Assembly (NCBI GenBank): GCA_045580835.1
Contig: JAZNOM010000030.1
Span: 17,162-81,161 of the forward strand
Source of the DNA: Eubacteriales bacterium
GTDB lineage: Bacteria > Bacillota > Clostridia > Oscillospirales > CAG-272
DNA length: 64,000 nucleotides
Direction: 5' to 3'
In this document: piece after piece, positions 50,407 to 60,148 of the stretch
Layout of the letters: each line of letters begins with the position of its first letter
Position numbering within the stretch: position 1 is the first letter of the stretch
Notes under the pieces: model-generated
What the model was told of the DNA's origin: nothing
What the model saw: only the letters and a program-made list of their open reading frames with translations
The model's database searches: none
Program-made: the position numbers and the translations under genes

Positions 50407-51015
50407 ATGAAAAATGCTTTGATAATTACCGGAGGATATATTAATTTTAACGCAATTGATTTATCCGCCAAAAATTTTAGCACAATAATCGCTGCCGACA
50501 GCGGTTATTTATCAGCTGAAAAACTAGGAATTGCTCCGTCTATTATCGTTGGCGACTTTGATTCTGCTTCTGTTCCAAGTTCAAATGCAGAAATAATTAC
50601 GGCTCCAAAAGAAAAAGATGAAACTGACACCATGCTTGCTTGCAACATCGCAATCGAACGTGGCGCAACGGAGTTGCTTATTTTGGGCGGTACAGGCGGA
50701 CGTGCGGACCATTTTCTTGCAAACGTTTTTTTGCTTGAAGCCCTAAAAGATAAAGGAATATCCGTTACTCTTACTGATGGTGACAATGCCATCAGGATTC
50801 TGAATAACGAAGAAACGCAAATTCCTAACAATTCCAGTTATTTTTCAGTTTTTGCTCTTGATTTTTGTTCGATTTCTCTTAAAGGTTGCAAATATCCGCT
50901 TGAAAACTACAAACTAACGCGAAAAAATCCTTTTGCGGTCAGCAATGAAGTGATTGGTAGTCACGCAACAATTTCTGTAATCGGAAAAGTAATTCTTTGC
51001 GAAAGTAAAAAATAA
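50407..51015 (+). CDS. thiN: thiamine diphosphokinase
   Basis: IIAADSG...IVGDFDS...KDETD...GGTGGRADH motifs of the TPK family. Confidence 0.85.
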   Translation: MKNALIITGGYINFNAIDLSAKNFSTIIAADSGYLSAEKLGIAPSIIVGDFDSASVPSSNAEIITAPKEKDETDTMLACNIAIERGATELLILGGTGGRADHFLANVFLLEALKDKGISVTLTDGDNAIRILNNEETQIPNNSSYFSVFALDFCSISLKGCKYPLENYKLTRKNPFAVSNEVIGSHATISVIGKVILCESKK

Positions 51016-51043
51016 GCCGACAATTCTGTCGGCTTATTTTTAT
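51008..51043. terminator. bidirectional terminator
   Basis: ataagccgaca-attc-tgtcggcttat. Confidence 0.8.
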
Positions 51044-51516
51044 TGTATGACCCCACACGCAATTTTTTCGCCCGGATTGCCTGCCGGTTGCGTTTTGAAA
51101 TCATCAATACCGCTATGAATAATAACGGTCTTGCCGATAATTTCTCGCACTCTAAATCGGTTTGTTAAAACCGAACACATTGCAATTCCGTCTACCGAAA
51201 ATAGCGGTGGTAAATCTCCTGCGTGGTACGGATGCTCGCATCCGGCAGGATTGTAATGTGAACCGGAATTTGGGAAAGGATTTTCATTGCTTCTCCCATC
51301 ACATGAACCGCCATCATGAATATGCATTGCTAAAATTGGACTTTCGCACGTATTGTTCCCTCTCGGTAGTCCTGTAATTGATGCAACAACATATACACCG
51401 CTATCAGTTTGATAAAACCTTACAAGACCGCGAATTGCGGGATACGCTGCAGAGCCTTTAATTATAGCTACTGCATCTACATTTTCAAATTCTTCATCAT
51501 CATATCGAATATACAT
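51040..51516 (-). CDS. Cu/Zn superoxide dismutase family protein without signal peptide
   Basis: His ligand pattern retained (MHIHDGG; GSHYNPAGCEHPYHAGDLP; VIIHSG). Start probably at MYIRYDD (51516); the upstream ATG lies inside a terminator stem. Confidence 0.75.
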   Translation of the reverse strand: MYIRYDDEEFENVDAVAIIKGSAAYPAIRGLVRFYQTDSGVYVVASITGLPRGNNTCESPILAMHIHDGGSCDGRSNENPFPNSGSHYNPAGCEHPYHAGDLPPLFSVDGIAMCSVLTNRFRVREIIGKTVIIHSGIDDFKTQPAGNPGEKIACGVIQ

Positions 51517-51561
51517 AAAAACACCCTGTATCAGCATACGAGATACAAGGTGTTTTTGTTA

Positions 51562-52812
51562 CTATTTTTTCTCTAAAACATTATATAACATCTGAACGGA
51601 TTGCGCGCGACTTAATATTGCAGAAGGCTCAATCTTTCCTTCTGCATCTCCATTGAATACGCCGGCACTTGTCAAAGCATATACTGCGCTTTTTGCCCAT
51701 GTTGGAATAGCACCGTCATCCGCAAAAGTGGCAACGTAACTTCCTTCTTCCAGACCTAATATATTATTTATCACAACCGCTGCTTCGGATTTTGTAATGT
51801 TTCCTTTAGGAACAAAGCACATTAAACCGTCTACGTCTTTTCCGTTGATATATCCTAATCGCTGTGCAGTCGCTACATATGGGCGATATTTAACATCAAT
51901 AGAACTGTTGTCCGAAAAAGAAGTATTTGAATCAGTAAGTGTGTCAATTCCAAGTGCTTTCATTGCCATTGTAATAAATTCTTCGCGTGTTACGTTATCT
52001 TCAGGACAAAATACCACGCCGTTTTGATAGCTTACTGCTTCAGCCGCACCAGCTTCATAAAGAGTTATTGCAGCGTTTTCACACCAATGACCTGCAGTAT
52101 CTGCAAAGGTAACAACGGCTTTTTCTACATTTACATTTACTTTTTGTGCCGGAGAATAATTACCGTATCCGTCACGAGCAACTACTACAAATTCATCTTT
52201 TCCAATAAAGTTTACGCTTGGAGTATACTTGTAGCTACCGCGTGCAGGATTGGTAATGGTCAATGTGCCGTGTTCGGGGTATGACACAATCTGCAAATCT
52301 GTAATATCACCATCGGGATCTATAGAACTTAAATTACCGTAGCAAGAAACATTGCGGTAGGTGTTAAGCTCATCGCTGTCGTCTGCAAACGTTGGAGCAT
52401 AGTTTACTTCATCAAGGAACTTGAGCATGCATGGTATCTCGGTACCTGCAACACTAAAAACGAGTTCGGTTCCGGCTATATTTTCATTAGTAGGAACAAA
52501 TCGCAAAACGGATAAATACTTGCTGCTGATAGTTTGCCCCTCGGCGACATTAAGAGTACCTAGCTTTAAAGTTCCATCAGCGGCAGCAGGTAGCGATTCA
52601 ACAGTTATATTGTCAATAGATGTGATACCAAGACACTTCATAAAATCCTGTTCAGAAAAATAAATATCACTGTAAACAAGACCGCTTTTAATCATTTTAT
52701 TATTCTTTGCAAGTACGTTTAAAGCTGGTGAAACAATCGCGGCTGCAAACACCGAAGCCGTAAAAGTTAATCCGATAATTAAAAATATTATCGGTTTTAA
52801 ATATTTCTTCAT
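51562..52812 (-). CDS. S-layer homology (3x SLH) cell-surface protein with Ig/cadherin-like domain
   Basis: Signal peptide from MKKYLKPIIFLIIG. Three C-terminal SLH repeats (FADTAGHW..., FSDNSSID...YV, FADDGAIPTWAKSAVYAL). Confidence 0.8.
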   Translation of the reverse strand: MKKYLKPIIFLIIGLTFTASVFAAAIVSPALNVLAKNNKMIKSGLVYSDIYFSEQDFMKCLGITSIDNITVESLPAAADGTLKLGTLNVAEGQTISSKYLSVLRFVPTNENIAGTELVFSVAGTEIPCMLKFLDEVNYAPTFADDSDELNTYRNVSCYGNLSSIDPDGDITDLQIVSYPEHGTLTITNPARGSYKYTPSVNFIGKDEFVVVARDGYGNYSPAQKVNVNVEKAVVTFADTAGHWCENAAITLYEAGAAEAVSYQNGVVFCPEDNVTREEFITMAMKALGIDTLTDSNTSFSDNSSIDVKYRPYVATAQRLGYINGKDVDGLMCFVPKGNITKSEAAVVINNILGLEEGSYVATFADDGAIPTWAKSAVYALTSAGVFNGDAEGKIEPSAILSRAQSVQMLYNVLEKK

Positions 52813-52955
52813 TGATTTTCTCCTTTCAAAATCAATATGTTCGAGTTCAGTTTTTCCCAATAAGTATTTTTTATACAGAATTGTCCGAAATAAGAATATC
52901 GCATAAAATAAAAGTGAGCGCATGCTCACATATTAAGAAAGGTCAATTTCGATTT

Positions 52956-53321
52956 ATGTATAGAATGAATTATAACAACTGCTCTTCTCCTCGTGACAGA
53001 CTCGACGAAAGTCTGCTCACACGAGTTGCTGAGCAAAGGCGTTCTTCCTGCAGAGGAAACAATCAAGCTCGCAACATTGAACGCGGCTGTGGATGTAATC
53101 AAGCTTCAGAGGCTTATGAGCGCGAAAACAGCTGTAGTTGCGAGCATGATAACTACAACAATGACGAGTTCGACTACTCGCTAGCAATGGTTTATTCCCC
53201 ACACCAAGAGTGGCAGAATATCTATTGTGAAGAAGAAGGATTTGCCGCAGGCACAATATTTAAAGAACTCGACAAACCCTTCTATGGTCCTAAATGTCAT
53301 GGAGGTAACTGCTATGAATAA
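52956..53321 (+). CDS. cotJA: spore coat-associated protein CotJA
   Basis: C-terminal LAMVYSPHQEWQNIY...GTIFKELDKPF motif. First gene of the cotJABC arrangement. The start is uncertain (ATG 52956 or 52965). Confidence 0.75.
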   Translation: MYRMNYNNCSSPRDRLDESLLTRVAEQRRSSCRGNNQARNIERGCGCNQASEAYERENSCSCEHDNYNNDEFDYSLAMVYSPHQEWQNIYCEEEGFAAGTIFKELDKPFYGPKCHGGNCYE

Positions 53322-53580
53322 TAATTGTAACAGTCGCTCTGTGCTTATGCGTAAAATACAGCAACACGGCTTTGCACTTGTTGAAGCAAATCTTTATCTC
53401 AACGGGCATCCGCACTGCACAAAAGCACTTGAGTATTTCAAACGCCAAAAAGCAGCATATGACAAATATGTCGCCGAGTATGAAGATATGTACGGACCTC
53501 TTACTGCATACGCAAGTGCAGGTTGCGACAGTTGGAAATGGATACAGGGACCTTGGCCCTGGGAAAGTGAGGCTAACTAA
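53314..53580 (+). CDS. cotJB: spore coat protein CotJB
   Basis: LMRKIQQHGFALVEANLYLNGHP...A...YDKYVAEYEDMYGPLT is a typical CotJB. GGAGG lies 8 nt upstream of ATG 53314. Confidence 0.85.
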   Translation: MNNNCNSRSVLMRKIQQHGFALVEANLYLNGHPHCTKALEYFKRQKAAYDKYVAEYEDMYGPLTAYASAGCDSWKWIQGPWPWESEAN

Positions 53581-54222
53581 ATGTGGACTTATGAAAAGAA
53601 ATTGCAGTTCCCCGTGAAAATCAAAAATCCCGATCCCAAAGCCGCAAAAATAATAATTTCGCAACTTGGTGGACCGGATGGAGAACTTGCTGCTTCTATG
53701 CGCTATTTACACCAAAGATATGCAATGCCATACGGTGAAGTAGTGGGGCTGCTCACTGATATAGGAACAGAAGAACTTGCGCACTTAGAAATCATTTCGG
53801 CAATTCTTTATCAGCTCACACGTAACCTTACTCCCGAAGAAATCAAGGCTTCAGGCTTTGATACCTACTTTGTAGACCACACCGCAGGTATTTATCCAGT
53901 AAGTGCTGCCGGCGTTCCGTTTAGTGCAGCATACTTCCAGTCAAAGGGCGACATAATAACTGATCTTGTCGAAGACCTTGCTGCCGAACAAAAGGCAAGA
54001 ACTACCTACGATAATATCCTTCGTCTTGTTGACGATCCTGATATCAAGGAACCAATCAAATTTCTTCGCGCGCGTGAAGTTGTACACTTCCAACGATTCG
54101 GCGATGCACTTCGCATTACTCAAGATAATCTTGACTCCAAAAACTTCTACGCATACAATCCTTCATTTGACAAATGCGGTCGTCCAATGCCACGAAACAA
54201 CAGATACCATAAAAACGCATAG
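53581..54222 (+). CDS. cotJC: manganese catalase family spore coat protein CotJC
   Basis: GGPDGELAASMRYLHQRY...EELAHLE di-metal ligand motifs. Confidence 0.9.
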   Translation: MWTYEKKLQFPVKIKNPDPKAAKIIISQLGGPDGELAASMRYLHQRYAMPYGEVVGLLTDIGTEELAHLEIISAILYQLTRNLTPEEIKASGFDTYFVDHTAGIYPVSAAGVPFSAAYFQSKGDIITDLVEDLAAEQKARTTYDNILRLVDDPDIKEPIKFLRAREVVHFQRFGDALRITQDNLDSKNFYAYNPSFDKCGRPMPRNNRYHKNA

Positions 54223-54229
54223 TTATAAA

Positions 54230-54262
54230 AACAAGCATCGGAGAAATCCGATGCTTATTTTT
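54230..54262 (+). terminator. intrinsic terminator
   Basis: aagcatcgga-gaaa-tccgatgctt followed by atttttg. Confidence 0.8.
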
Positions 54263-54265
54263 GTT

Positions 54266-54718
54266 TTAATACAAATGTTTATAGAATTTATACGCTTTCC
54301 ATGGGGAAAGTATCATAACCAAAAAACCCAAGCTATGGAAACAAAAAAAAGACTGAACTGGAGTTATATCTTTAAAAAAGAATTGAAAAAACTCCGGAAT
54401 TCTGAAAAAAATGCTATATAGCGAATTATTATATAAAAGAAAAAACGCAGAAGCCGAAAAGAAAAGTAAATAGCTTAAAAAGTTTAATAAATAATACAAA
54501 AATGGATTGTCCAGCGCCCTATAGCAACAACGCAACCATAAAGAATTAACACTGTAAAATATTAAGCAACAAACTGCATACATAATAAATCTTTCGCTCT
54601 TTATAGTTATAAACCTATTCGTTAACATAAAATCTATAAATACAGAGAGCAACAACTCGATCCCTGCCCATTCGCAAAAACGCTGAAGAACAATCTTCGT
54701 TCTACCTTTTAAATTCAA
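54266..54718 (-). CDS. hypothetical small polytopic membrane protein (weak call)
   Basis: About four hydrophobic segments rich in F/Y/L. TTG start and a very AT-rich sequence, so it could be non-coding. Confidence 0.3.
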   Translation of the reverse strand: MNLKGRTKIVLQRFCEWAGIELLLSVFIDFMLTNRFITIKSERFIMYAVCCLIFYSVNSLWLRCCYRALDNPFLYYLLNFLSYLLFFSASAFFLLYNNSLYSIFFRIPEFFQFFFKDITPVQSFFCFHSLGFLVMILSPWKAYKFYKHLY

Positions 54719-54884
54719 ATTGATAATTCACCTTTCATATTCGAAAAATGACATAATTCCTACCATTACATATAAATTGCAAGGCGAGTTAGTCATCTTT
54801 GGTATAATATTAGCATAAAATTAATGTTACTGTCAATATGGTTTTACTCATTTTTGGAATAAAAATATTATCAGGAGGCAGAAT

Positions 54885-55130
54885 TTGAAAATTTACAAAC
54901 CGGATGGCAGATGTAATATTTCAGGCGACAGAATTCGTGAAGCACGAGATAAACTAAAGATTTCACAAGAACAACTCGCGGCTAAAATTCAATTAGAGGG
55001 ACTAAGTATAACACAAAAAGCTATAAGTCGAATTGAGACAGGTGAAAGAGTTGTAGCAGACTATGAACTTCCCTATTTTGCCGATGCACTTAATGTTTCG
55101 GTTTTATTTCTTTTGGATATTATTTCATAG
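54885..55130 (+). CDS. XRE-family helix-turn-helix transcriptional regulator (81 aa)
   Basis: IREARDKLKISQEQLAAKIQLEGLSITQKAISRIETGER HTH_3 pattern. TTG start 7 nt after GGAGG. Confidence 0.75.
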   Translation: MKIYKPDGRCNISGDRIREARDKLKISQEQLAAKIQLEGLSITQKAISRIETGERVVADYELPYFADALNVSVLFLLDIIS

Positions 55131-55133
55131 TAT

Positions 55134-55170
55134 AAAACAAGCCGCCATAAAAGGCGGCTTGTTTTTTTAA
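55134..55170. terminator. bidirectional terminator
   Basis: acaagccgcc-ataaaa-ggcggcttgt followed by T7. Confidence 0.8.
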
Positions 55171-58100
55171 TTAGTTATTCTTGAAATACTTAACTGCGGA
55201 TTTGAACATCTTGATATCATATTCGCCGGGGACATTTTTATAAAGACCCGCACCGATACGCTCGCTGTGTCCCATCTTACCAAATACTCTACCATCAGGC
55301 GACGTAATGCCCTCAATTGCGTACATAGAGCCATTGGGGTTGAAATGAACATCATTAGTGGCATTGTCATTAAGGTCAACATACTGGGTTGAGATCTGAC
55401 CGTTTTCAGCAAGTTTTTTGATAAGTGCTTCGTCAGCGACAAATCTACCTTCACCATGTGAAATCGGGACACTGTAAACCTCGCCAACTTCTGTAAGTGC
55501 GAGCCAAGGCGACTTATTGGAAGCTATACGTGTGCGAACAATGCGCGACTGGTGACGTGCAATAGTATTAAAGGTCAAAGTAGGACAATTCTCGTCAGTG
55601 TCGATAATCTTGCCGTACGGAACAAGACCAAGCTTGATGAGAGCCTGGAAACCATTACAGATACCGCAAATCAAACCGTCGCGTTTGTCCAGCAGTTCGG
55701 TTACGCCTTCCTTAATTTCAGCATTGCGGAAAAATGCAGTAATAAACTTACCGCTTCCGTCAGGCTCATCACCGCCGGAGAATCCACCGGGAATGAATAT
55801 CATCTGCGACTCTTTAAGTTTATTTGCAAATGTCTCCACGCTCTTGCGGATACCATCAGCAGAAAGGTTATTGACTACAAAAATCTCTGCTTCTGCACCT
55901 GCGGCGCGAACGGCCTTTGCGCTATCAAATTCACAGTTTGTGCCGGGGAATGCAGGGATAAGCACCCGTGGCTTTGCAACCTTAATAGCGGGCGCAACAC
56001 GCTCGGTAGTTTTGAAATTAAAGTTGCAAACAGGCGCATCAGAAGTAGGAATATTACAACTGAATACACTTTCAAGCTTATTCTCGTAAATGTCAAGAAT
56101 TTCAGCAAGGTCAAGTGCTTCATCGCCCAGGGTTATCTTACCGTCATTGGTAACAGTACCTATCCAAAGAGCATCTTCGATATCTTCGGTTGCCTCAACA
56201 ACAAAGCTAGCATAAGAGTAATCAAAAATTTCTTTCACACAAATGTTTTCATATTTAAAACCAAGTGCGTTACCGAAGCACATTTTCATTACCGCCTCAG
56301 CGATGCCGCCCATACCGGGAGTATAAGCAGAAACTGCCTTGCCATTGCGAAGAAGGTCAGTTACCTTGTTAAACACCTTTACAAGAGACTCGGTCTTGGG
56401 TAATCTGTTCTCATCATATTCAGGCGCAATAACGTAAACCTTATTACCTGCCTTTTTAAACTCGGGAGAAACAACATTTTTAACTTTGTCGGTAGTAACA
56501 GCGAAAGAAACAAGCGTAGGAGGTACATCAAGATCCTCAAACGAACCACTCATAGAGTCCTTGCCGCCGATAGAACCAATACCAAGCTCCTTTTGGGCTT
56601 CAAATGAACCGAGAAGTGCCGCAAGCGGCTTGCCCCAACGCTTTGAATCCTTACCGAGCTTTTCAAAATACTCCTGGAAGGTAAGATATACATCCTCAAA
56701 TGACGCACCTGTGGCTATAAGCTTTGAAACAGACTCAACAACTGCAAGATATGCACCGTGATAGGGGCTCTTTTCTGTAATAAAAGGATTGTAACCCCAG
56801 GACATAAATGAGCAATCATCTGTTTCCTGCTTTTCGACAGAAACCTTCTGAACCATTGCCTGAATAGGTGTAAGCTGATACTTACCGCCGAAAGGCATAA
56901 GCACAGTGCCCGCACCGATTGTAGAGTCAAAACGCTCGGAAAGACCACGCTTTGAGCAAATGTTAAGGTCGTCTGCAAGTGCTTTATAGTTTTCTACAAA
57001 ACCACCGCTTACTTCCTTGGCATAAGATTTGGGAGCTACAGGAGTGACGCTAATATGCTTCTCCGCACCATTAGAGTTCAAAAATTCACGGCTTATGTCG
57101 ACAATCTTCTTACCGTTCCAGTGCATAACAAGACGTTCTTCAGCCTGAACTTCAGCAACTTTGCATGCCTGAAGGTTCTCACTCTTTGCAAGTTCAAGGA
57201 ATCTGTCAAGATTTTCAGGCTCGATAACCACTGCCATTCGCTCTTGAGATTCACTGATTGCAAGTTCTGTGCCGTCAAGACCTTCGTACTTTTTGGGAAC
57301 CGCATTAAGGTCAATAACAAGACCGTCTGCAAGCTCACCGATTGCAACCGAAACACCGCCTGCACCAAAGTCATTACAACGCTTGATCATGCGGCATGCT
57401 TCTGCATTGCGGAAAAGGCGCTGGAGCTTTCTTTCTTCAGGAGCATTACCTTTTTGTACCCCGGCACCGCAGGACTCAACAGAGTGAGCATTGTGTGCCT
57501 TGGAAGAACCGGTTGCGCCGCCGATGCCGTCGCGACCGGTGCTGCCGCCGAGAAGAATTACGATGTCACCGGGAGCTGGACGCTCTCTACGTACATTTGC
57601 AGCAGGAGCCGCCGCAACAACCGCACCAATTTCCATTCGTTTTGCAGCATAACCGTCATGATAAATTTCATCAACGATACCGGTAGCAAGACCAATCTGG
57701 TTGCCGTATGAAGAATAACCTGCCGCTGCGGTAGTAACAATCTTTCTCTGCGGAAGCTTACCTTTGATTGTTTCGCTAACCGGCTTCAAGGGATTTGCAG
57801 CACCGGTAACACGCATTGCGCCGTAAACATACGAACGACCTGAAAGAGGGTCGCGGATAGCGCCACCAATACAAGTAGCGGCACCGCCGAAAGGCTCGAT
57901 TTCGGTAGGATGATTATGTGTTTCGTTCTTAAAAAGAAGAAGCCAGGGCTCACTATTTCCGTCTACATCAATATTAATTTTAACAGTGCAAGCGTTGATT
58001 TCTTCGGACTCATCAAGTTTATCAAGCTTTCCGTGCTTTTTAAGATACTTTACAGCGACAGTAGCGAGATCCATAAGGCAGATAGGCTTGGTTCTGCCGA

Positions 58101-58863
58101 GTTCCTTACGAACCGCAATATAATCCTCGTATGATTTTTGAAGAAGTTCGTCTTCAAATTTAACATCGTCAATAATAGTCTGGAATGTTGTGTGACGACA
58201 ATGGTCAGACCAATAAGTATCAATCATACGGATTTCTGTAATTGTAGGATCGCGCTTTTCGCTAATAAAATAATTCTGACAAAAAGCGATGTCCGCCTCG
58301 TCCATTGCAAGACCATAGTCGCTGACGAACTTTGAAAGACCATCTTTGTCAAGCAAAGTAAAGCCGTCAAGAGTTTTAACCTCAGTGGGAACAGTATACT
58401 GCATCTCAAGAGTATCAGGCTTGTCCAGCACTGCTTCACGAGCTTCTACCGGGTTAATTACATACTTTTTAATTTCCGCTACCTGACCGTCAGTAAGCGC
58501 ACCGTAAAGTGCATACACTTTCGCAGTGCGGACTCTCGGACGATCGCCTTGAGAAATAATCTGAATACACTGTGCTGCAGAATCCGCACGCTGATCAAAC
58601 TGTCCGGGGAGATACTCAACAGCAAATACTGTTGCATCTTCAAGAGAAAGCTCATCGTAAATATTATCTACCTGCGGTTCGGAGAATACAGTACCTTTCG
58701 CATAGTCAAAAAGCTCTGCAGTTATATTATCTGCATCATAACGATTTATAACTCTAACTTCGTTAAGCGCAGTAATACCAAGGAGTGAACGGGCGTCGGA
58801 AAGAAGCGATTTTGCCTCATTGGCGTGTTCTTTTTTCTTTTCTACATAAACTCTAAATACCAT
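55171..58863 (-). CDS. purL: phosphoribosylformylglycinamidine synthase, single-chain large form
   Basis: 1230 aa with a fused PurS-like N-terminus, FGAM synthetase core and C-terminal glutaminase (GICNGFQ). Confidence 0.95.
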   Translation of the reverse strand: MVFRVYVEKKKEHANEAKSLLSDARSLLGITALNEVRVINRYDADNITAELFDYAKGTVFSEPQVDNIYDELSLEDATVFAVEYLPGQFDQRADSAAQCIQIISQGDRPRVRTAKVYALYGALTDGQVAEIKKYVINPVEAREAVLDKPDTLEMQYTVPTEVKTLDGFTLLDKDGLSKFVSDYGLAMDEADIAFCQNYFISEKRDPTITEIRMIDTYWSDHCRHTTFQTIIDDVKFEDELLQKSYEDYIAVRKELGRTKPICLMDLATVAVKYLKKHGKLDKLDESEEINACTVKINIDVDGNSEPWLLLFKNETHNHPTEIEPFGGAATCIGGAIRDPLSGRSYVYGAMRVTGAANPLKPVSETIKGKLPQRKIVTTAAAGYSSYGNQIGLATGIVDEIYHDGYAAKRMEIGAVVAAAPAANVRRERPAPGDIVILLGGSTGRDGIGGATGSSKAHNAHSVESCGAGVQKGNAPEERKLQRLFRNAEACRMIKRCNDFGAGGVSVAIGELADGLVIDLNAVPKKYEGLDGTELAISESQERMAVVIEPENLDRFLELAKSENLQACKVAEVQAEERLVMHWNGKKIVDISREFLNSNGAEKHISVTPVAPKSYAKEVSGGFVENYKALADDLNICSKRGLSERFDSTIGAGTVLMPFGGKYQLTPIQAMVQKVSVEKQETDDCSFMSWGYNPFITEKSPYHGAYLAVVESVSKLIATGASFEDVYLTFQEYFEKLGKDSKRWGKPLAALLGSFEAQKELGIGSIGGKDSMSGSFEDLDVPPTLVSFAVTTDKVKNVVSPEFKKAGNKVYVIAPEYDENRLPKTESLVKVFNKVTDLLRNGKAVSAYTPGMGGIAEAVMKMCFGNALGFKYENICVKEIFDYSYASFVVEATEDIEDALWIGTVTNDGKITLGDEALDLAEILDIYENKLESVFSCNIPTSDAPVCNFNFKTTERVAPAIKVAKPRVLIPAFPGTNCEFDSAKAVRAAGAEAEIFVVNNLSADGIRKSVETFANKLKESQMIFIPGGFSGGDEPDGSGKFITAFFRNAEIKEGVTELLDKRDGLICGICNGFQALIKLGLVPYGKIIDTDENCPTLTFNTIARHQSRIVRTRIASNKSPWLALTEVGEVYSVPISHGEGRFVADEALIKKLAENGQISTQYVDLNDNATNDVHFNPNGSMYAIEGITSPDGRVFGKMGHSERIGAGLYKNVPGEYDIKMFKSAVKYFKNN

Positions 58864-58864
58864 T

Positions 58865-60133
58865 TCAGCACTCCTTTGCTTTCATTGCTCGTGCGCCAAT
58901 GTCATGGCGATAAAAAGCGTTATCAAAATGAATCTTATCAACAAGGCTATAAGCCGCCTTGATTGCATCTTCAAGTGTACTCTCAACCGCGGTTGCGCCA
59001 AGAACTCTGCCGCCACTGGTAACAAGTTTGCCGTCTTTAATAGCAGCACCAGCTACATATACATTGTTGCTGATTTCAGCAGGGATTGAAAGTTCAAAGC
59101 CCTTGTCATAGTTTGTTGGATATCCTTTGGATGCCATAACTACACAGCACGCATTCTTATCGGAGAATTTAACTTCTGTTTCTGCAAGTTTTCCGTCAGT
59201 AACAGCACGCATTACAGTAAGAAGGTCACTCTCAAGGAGCGGTAGCACAACCTGTGTTTCAGGATCACCAAAACGACAGTTATACTCGATAACCTTCGGA
59301 CCTTTAGGAGTTAGAATAAGTCCAAAGTAAAGGCAACCTTTAAAAGTACGTCCTTCAGCATTCATCGCGTCGATGGTAGGCTTGAAGATCGTCTTCATGC
59401 AAATGTCTGCAATCTCATCTGTATAGTAAGGGTTGGGCGCAACAGTACCCATGCCGCCGGTATTGAGACCGGTGTCATTATCTCCTGCACGCTTGTGATC
59501 CATTGAAGAAATCATCGGAACAACAACCTTGCCGTCGGTGAACGAAAGCACGGACACTTCTGGACCGGTGAGGAATTCTTCAATAACGACTCTATCGCCG
59601 CTCTTGCCAAAAACCTTATCCTGCATCATGGACTTAACTGCATCCTTTGCATCCTCACGTGTTTCAGCAATAACTACACCTTTGCCAAGCGCAAGACCGT
59701 CTGCTTTGATAACAGTTGGAATTGGAGCTGTGTCAAGATAATTGAGTGCAGAGTCCATATCGGTAAACACTTCGTATGTAGCAGTAGGAATACCGTATTT
59801 CTTCATAAGATCCTTTGAAAAGACCTTGCTTCCCTCAATAATTGCTGCGTTTGCGCGCGGTCCAAAGCAAGGTATTCCCTTTTCTTCAAGCGCGTCAACC
59901 GCACCTAAAACGAGCGGATCGTCAGGAGCAACGATTGCGTAGTCAATCCTATTTTCAACAGCAAATTTTACAATACCGTCGATATCTTTTGCACCGATGT
60001 CTACACAAGTAGCGTCAGCGGCGATGCCGCCATTCCCGGGAAGTGCATAGATTTCGGTAACATCTTTATTCTCTTTGATTTTCTTGATGATGGCATGCTC
60101 TCTGCCGCCACCGCCAACGACTAAAACTCTCAT
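58865..60133 (-). CDS. purD: phosphoribosylamine-glycine ligase
   Basis: MRVLVVGGGGREHA N-terminus and ATP-grasp core. Confidence 0.95.
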   Translation of the reverse strand: MRVLVVGGGGREHAIIKKIKENKDVTEIYALPGNGGIAADATCVDIGAKDIDGIVKFAVENRIDYAIVAPDDPLVLGAVDALEEKGIPCFGPRANAAIIEGSKVFSKDLMKKYGIPTATYEVFTDMDSALNYLDTAPIPTVIKADGLALGKGVVIAETREDAKDAVKSMMQDKVFGKSGDRVVIEEFLTGPEVSVLSFTDGKVVVPMISSMDHKRAGDNDTGLNTGGMGTVAPNPYYTDEIADICMKTIFKPTIDAMNAEGRTFKGCLYFGLILTPKGPKVIEYNCRFGDPETQVVLPLLESDLLTVMRAVTDGKLAETEVKFSDKNACCVVMASKGYPTNYDKGFELSIPAEISNNVYVAGAAIKDGKLVTSGGRVLGATAVESTLEDAIKAAYSLVDKIHFDNAFYRHDIGARAMKAKEC

Positions 60134-60148
60134 TTTGCCTCCAAAGAA

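Noticed and set aside
55552-57711. Long plus-strand ORFs (283 aa at 55552-56403 and 218 aa at 57055-57711) inside purL
   Set aside because: They are antisense to a confidently identified, full-length purL. Their translations are low-complexity and Cys/Arg-rich with no recognisable motifs or RBS, which is typical of shadow ORFs.
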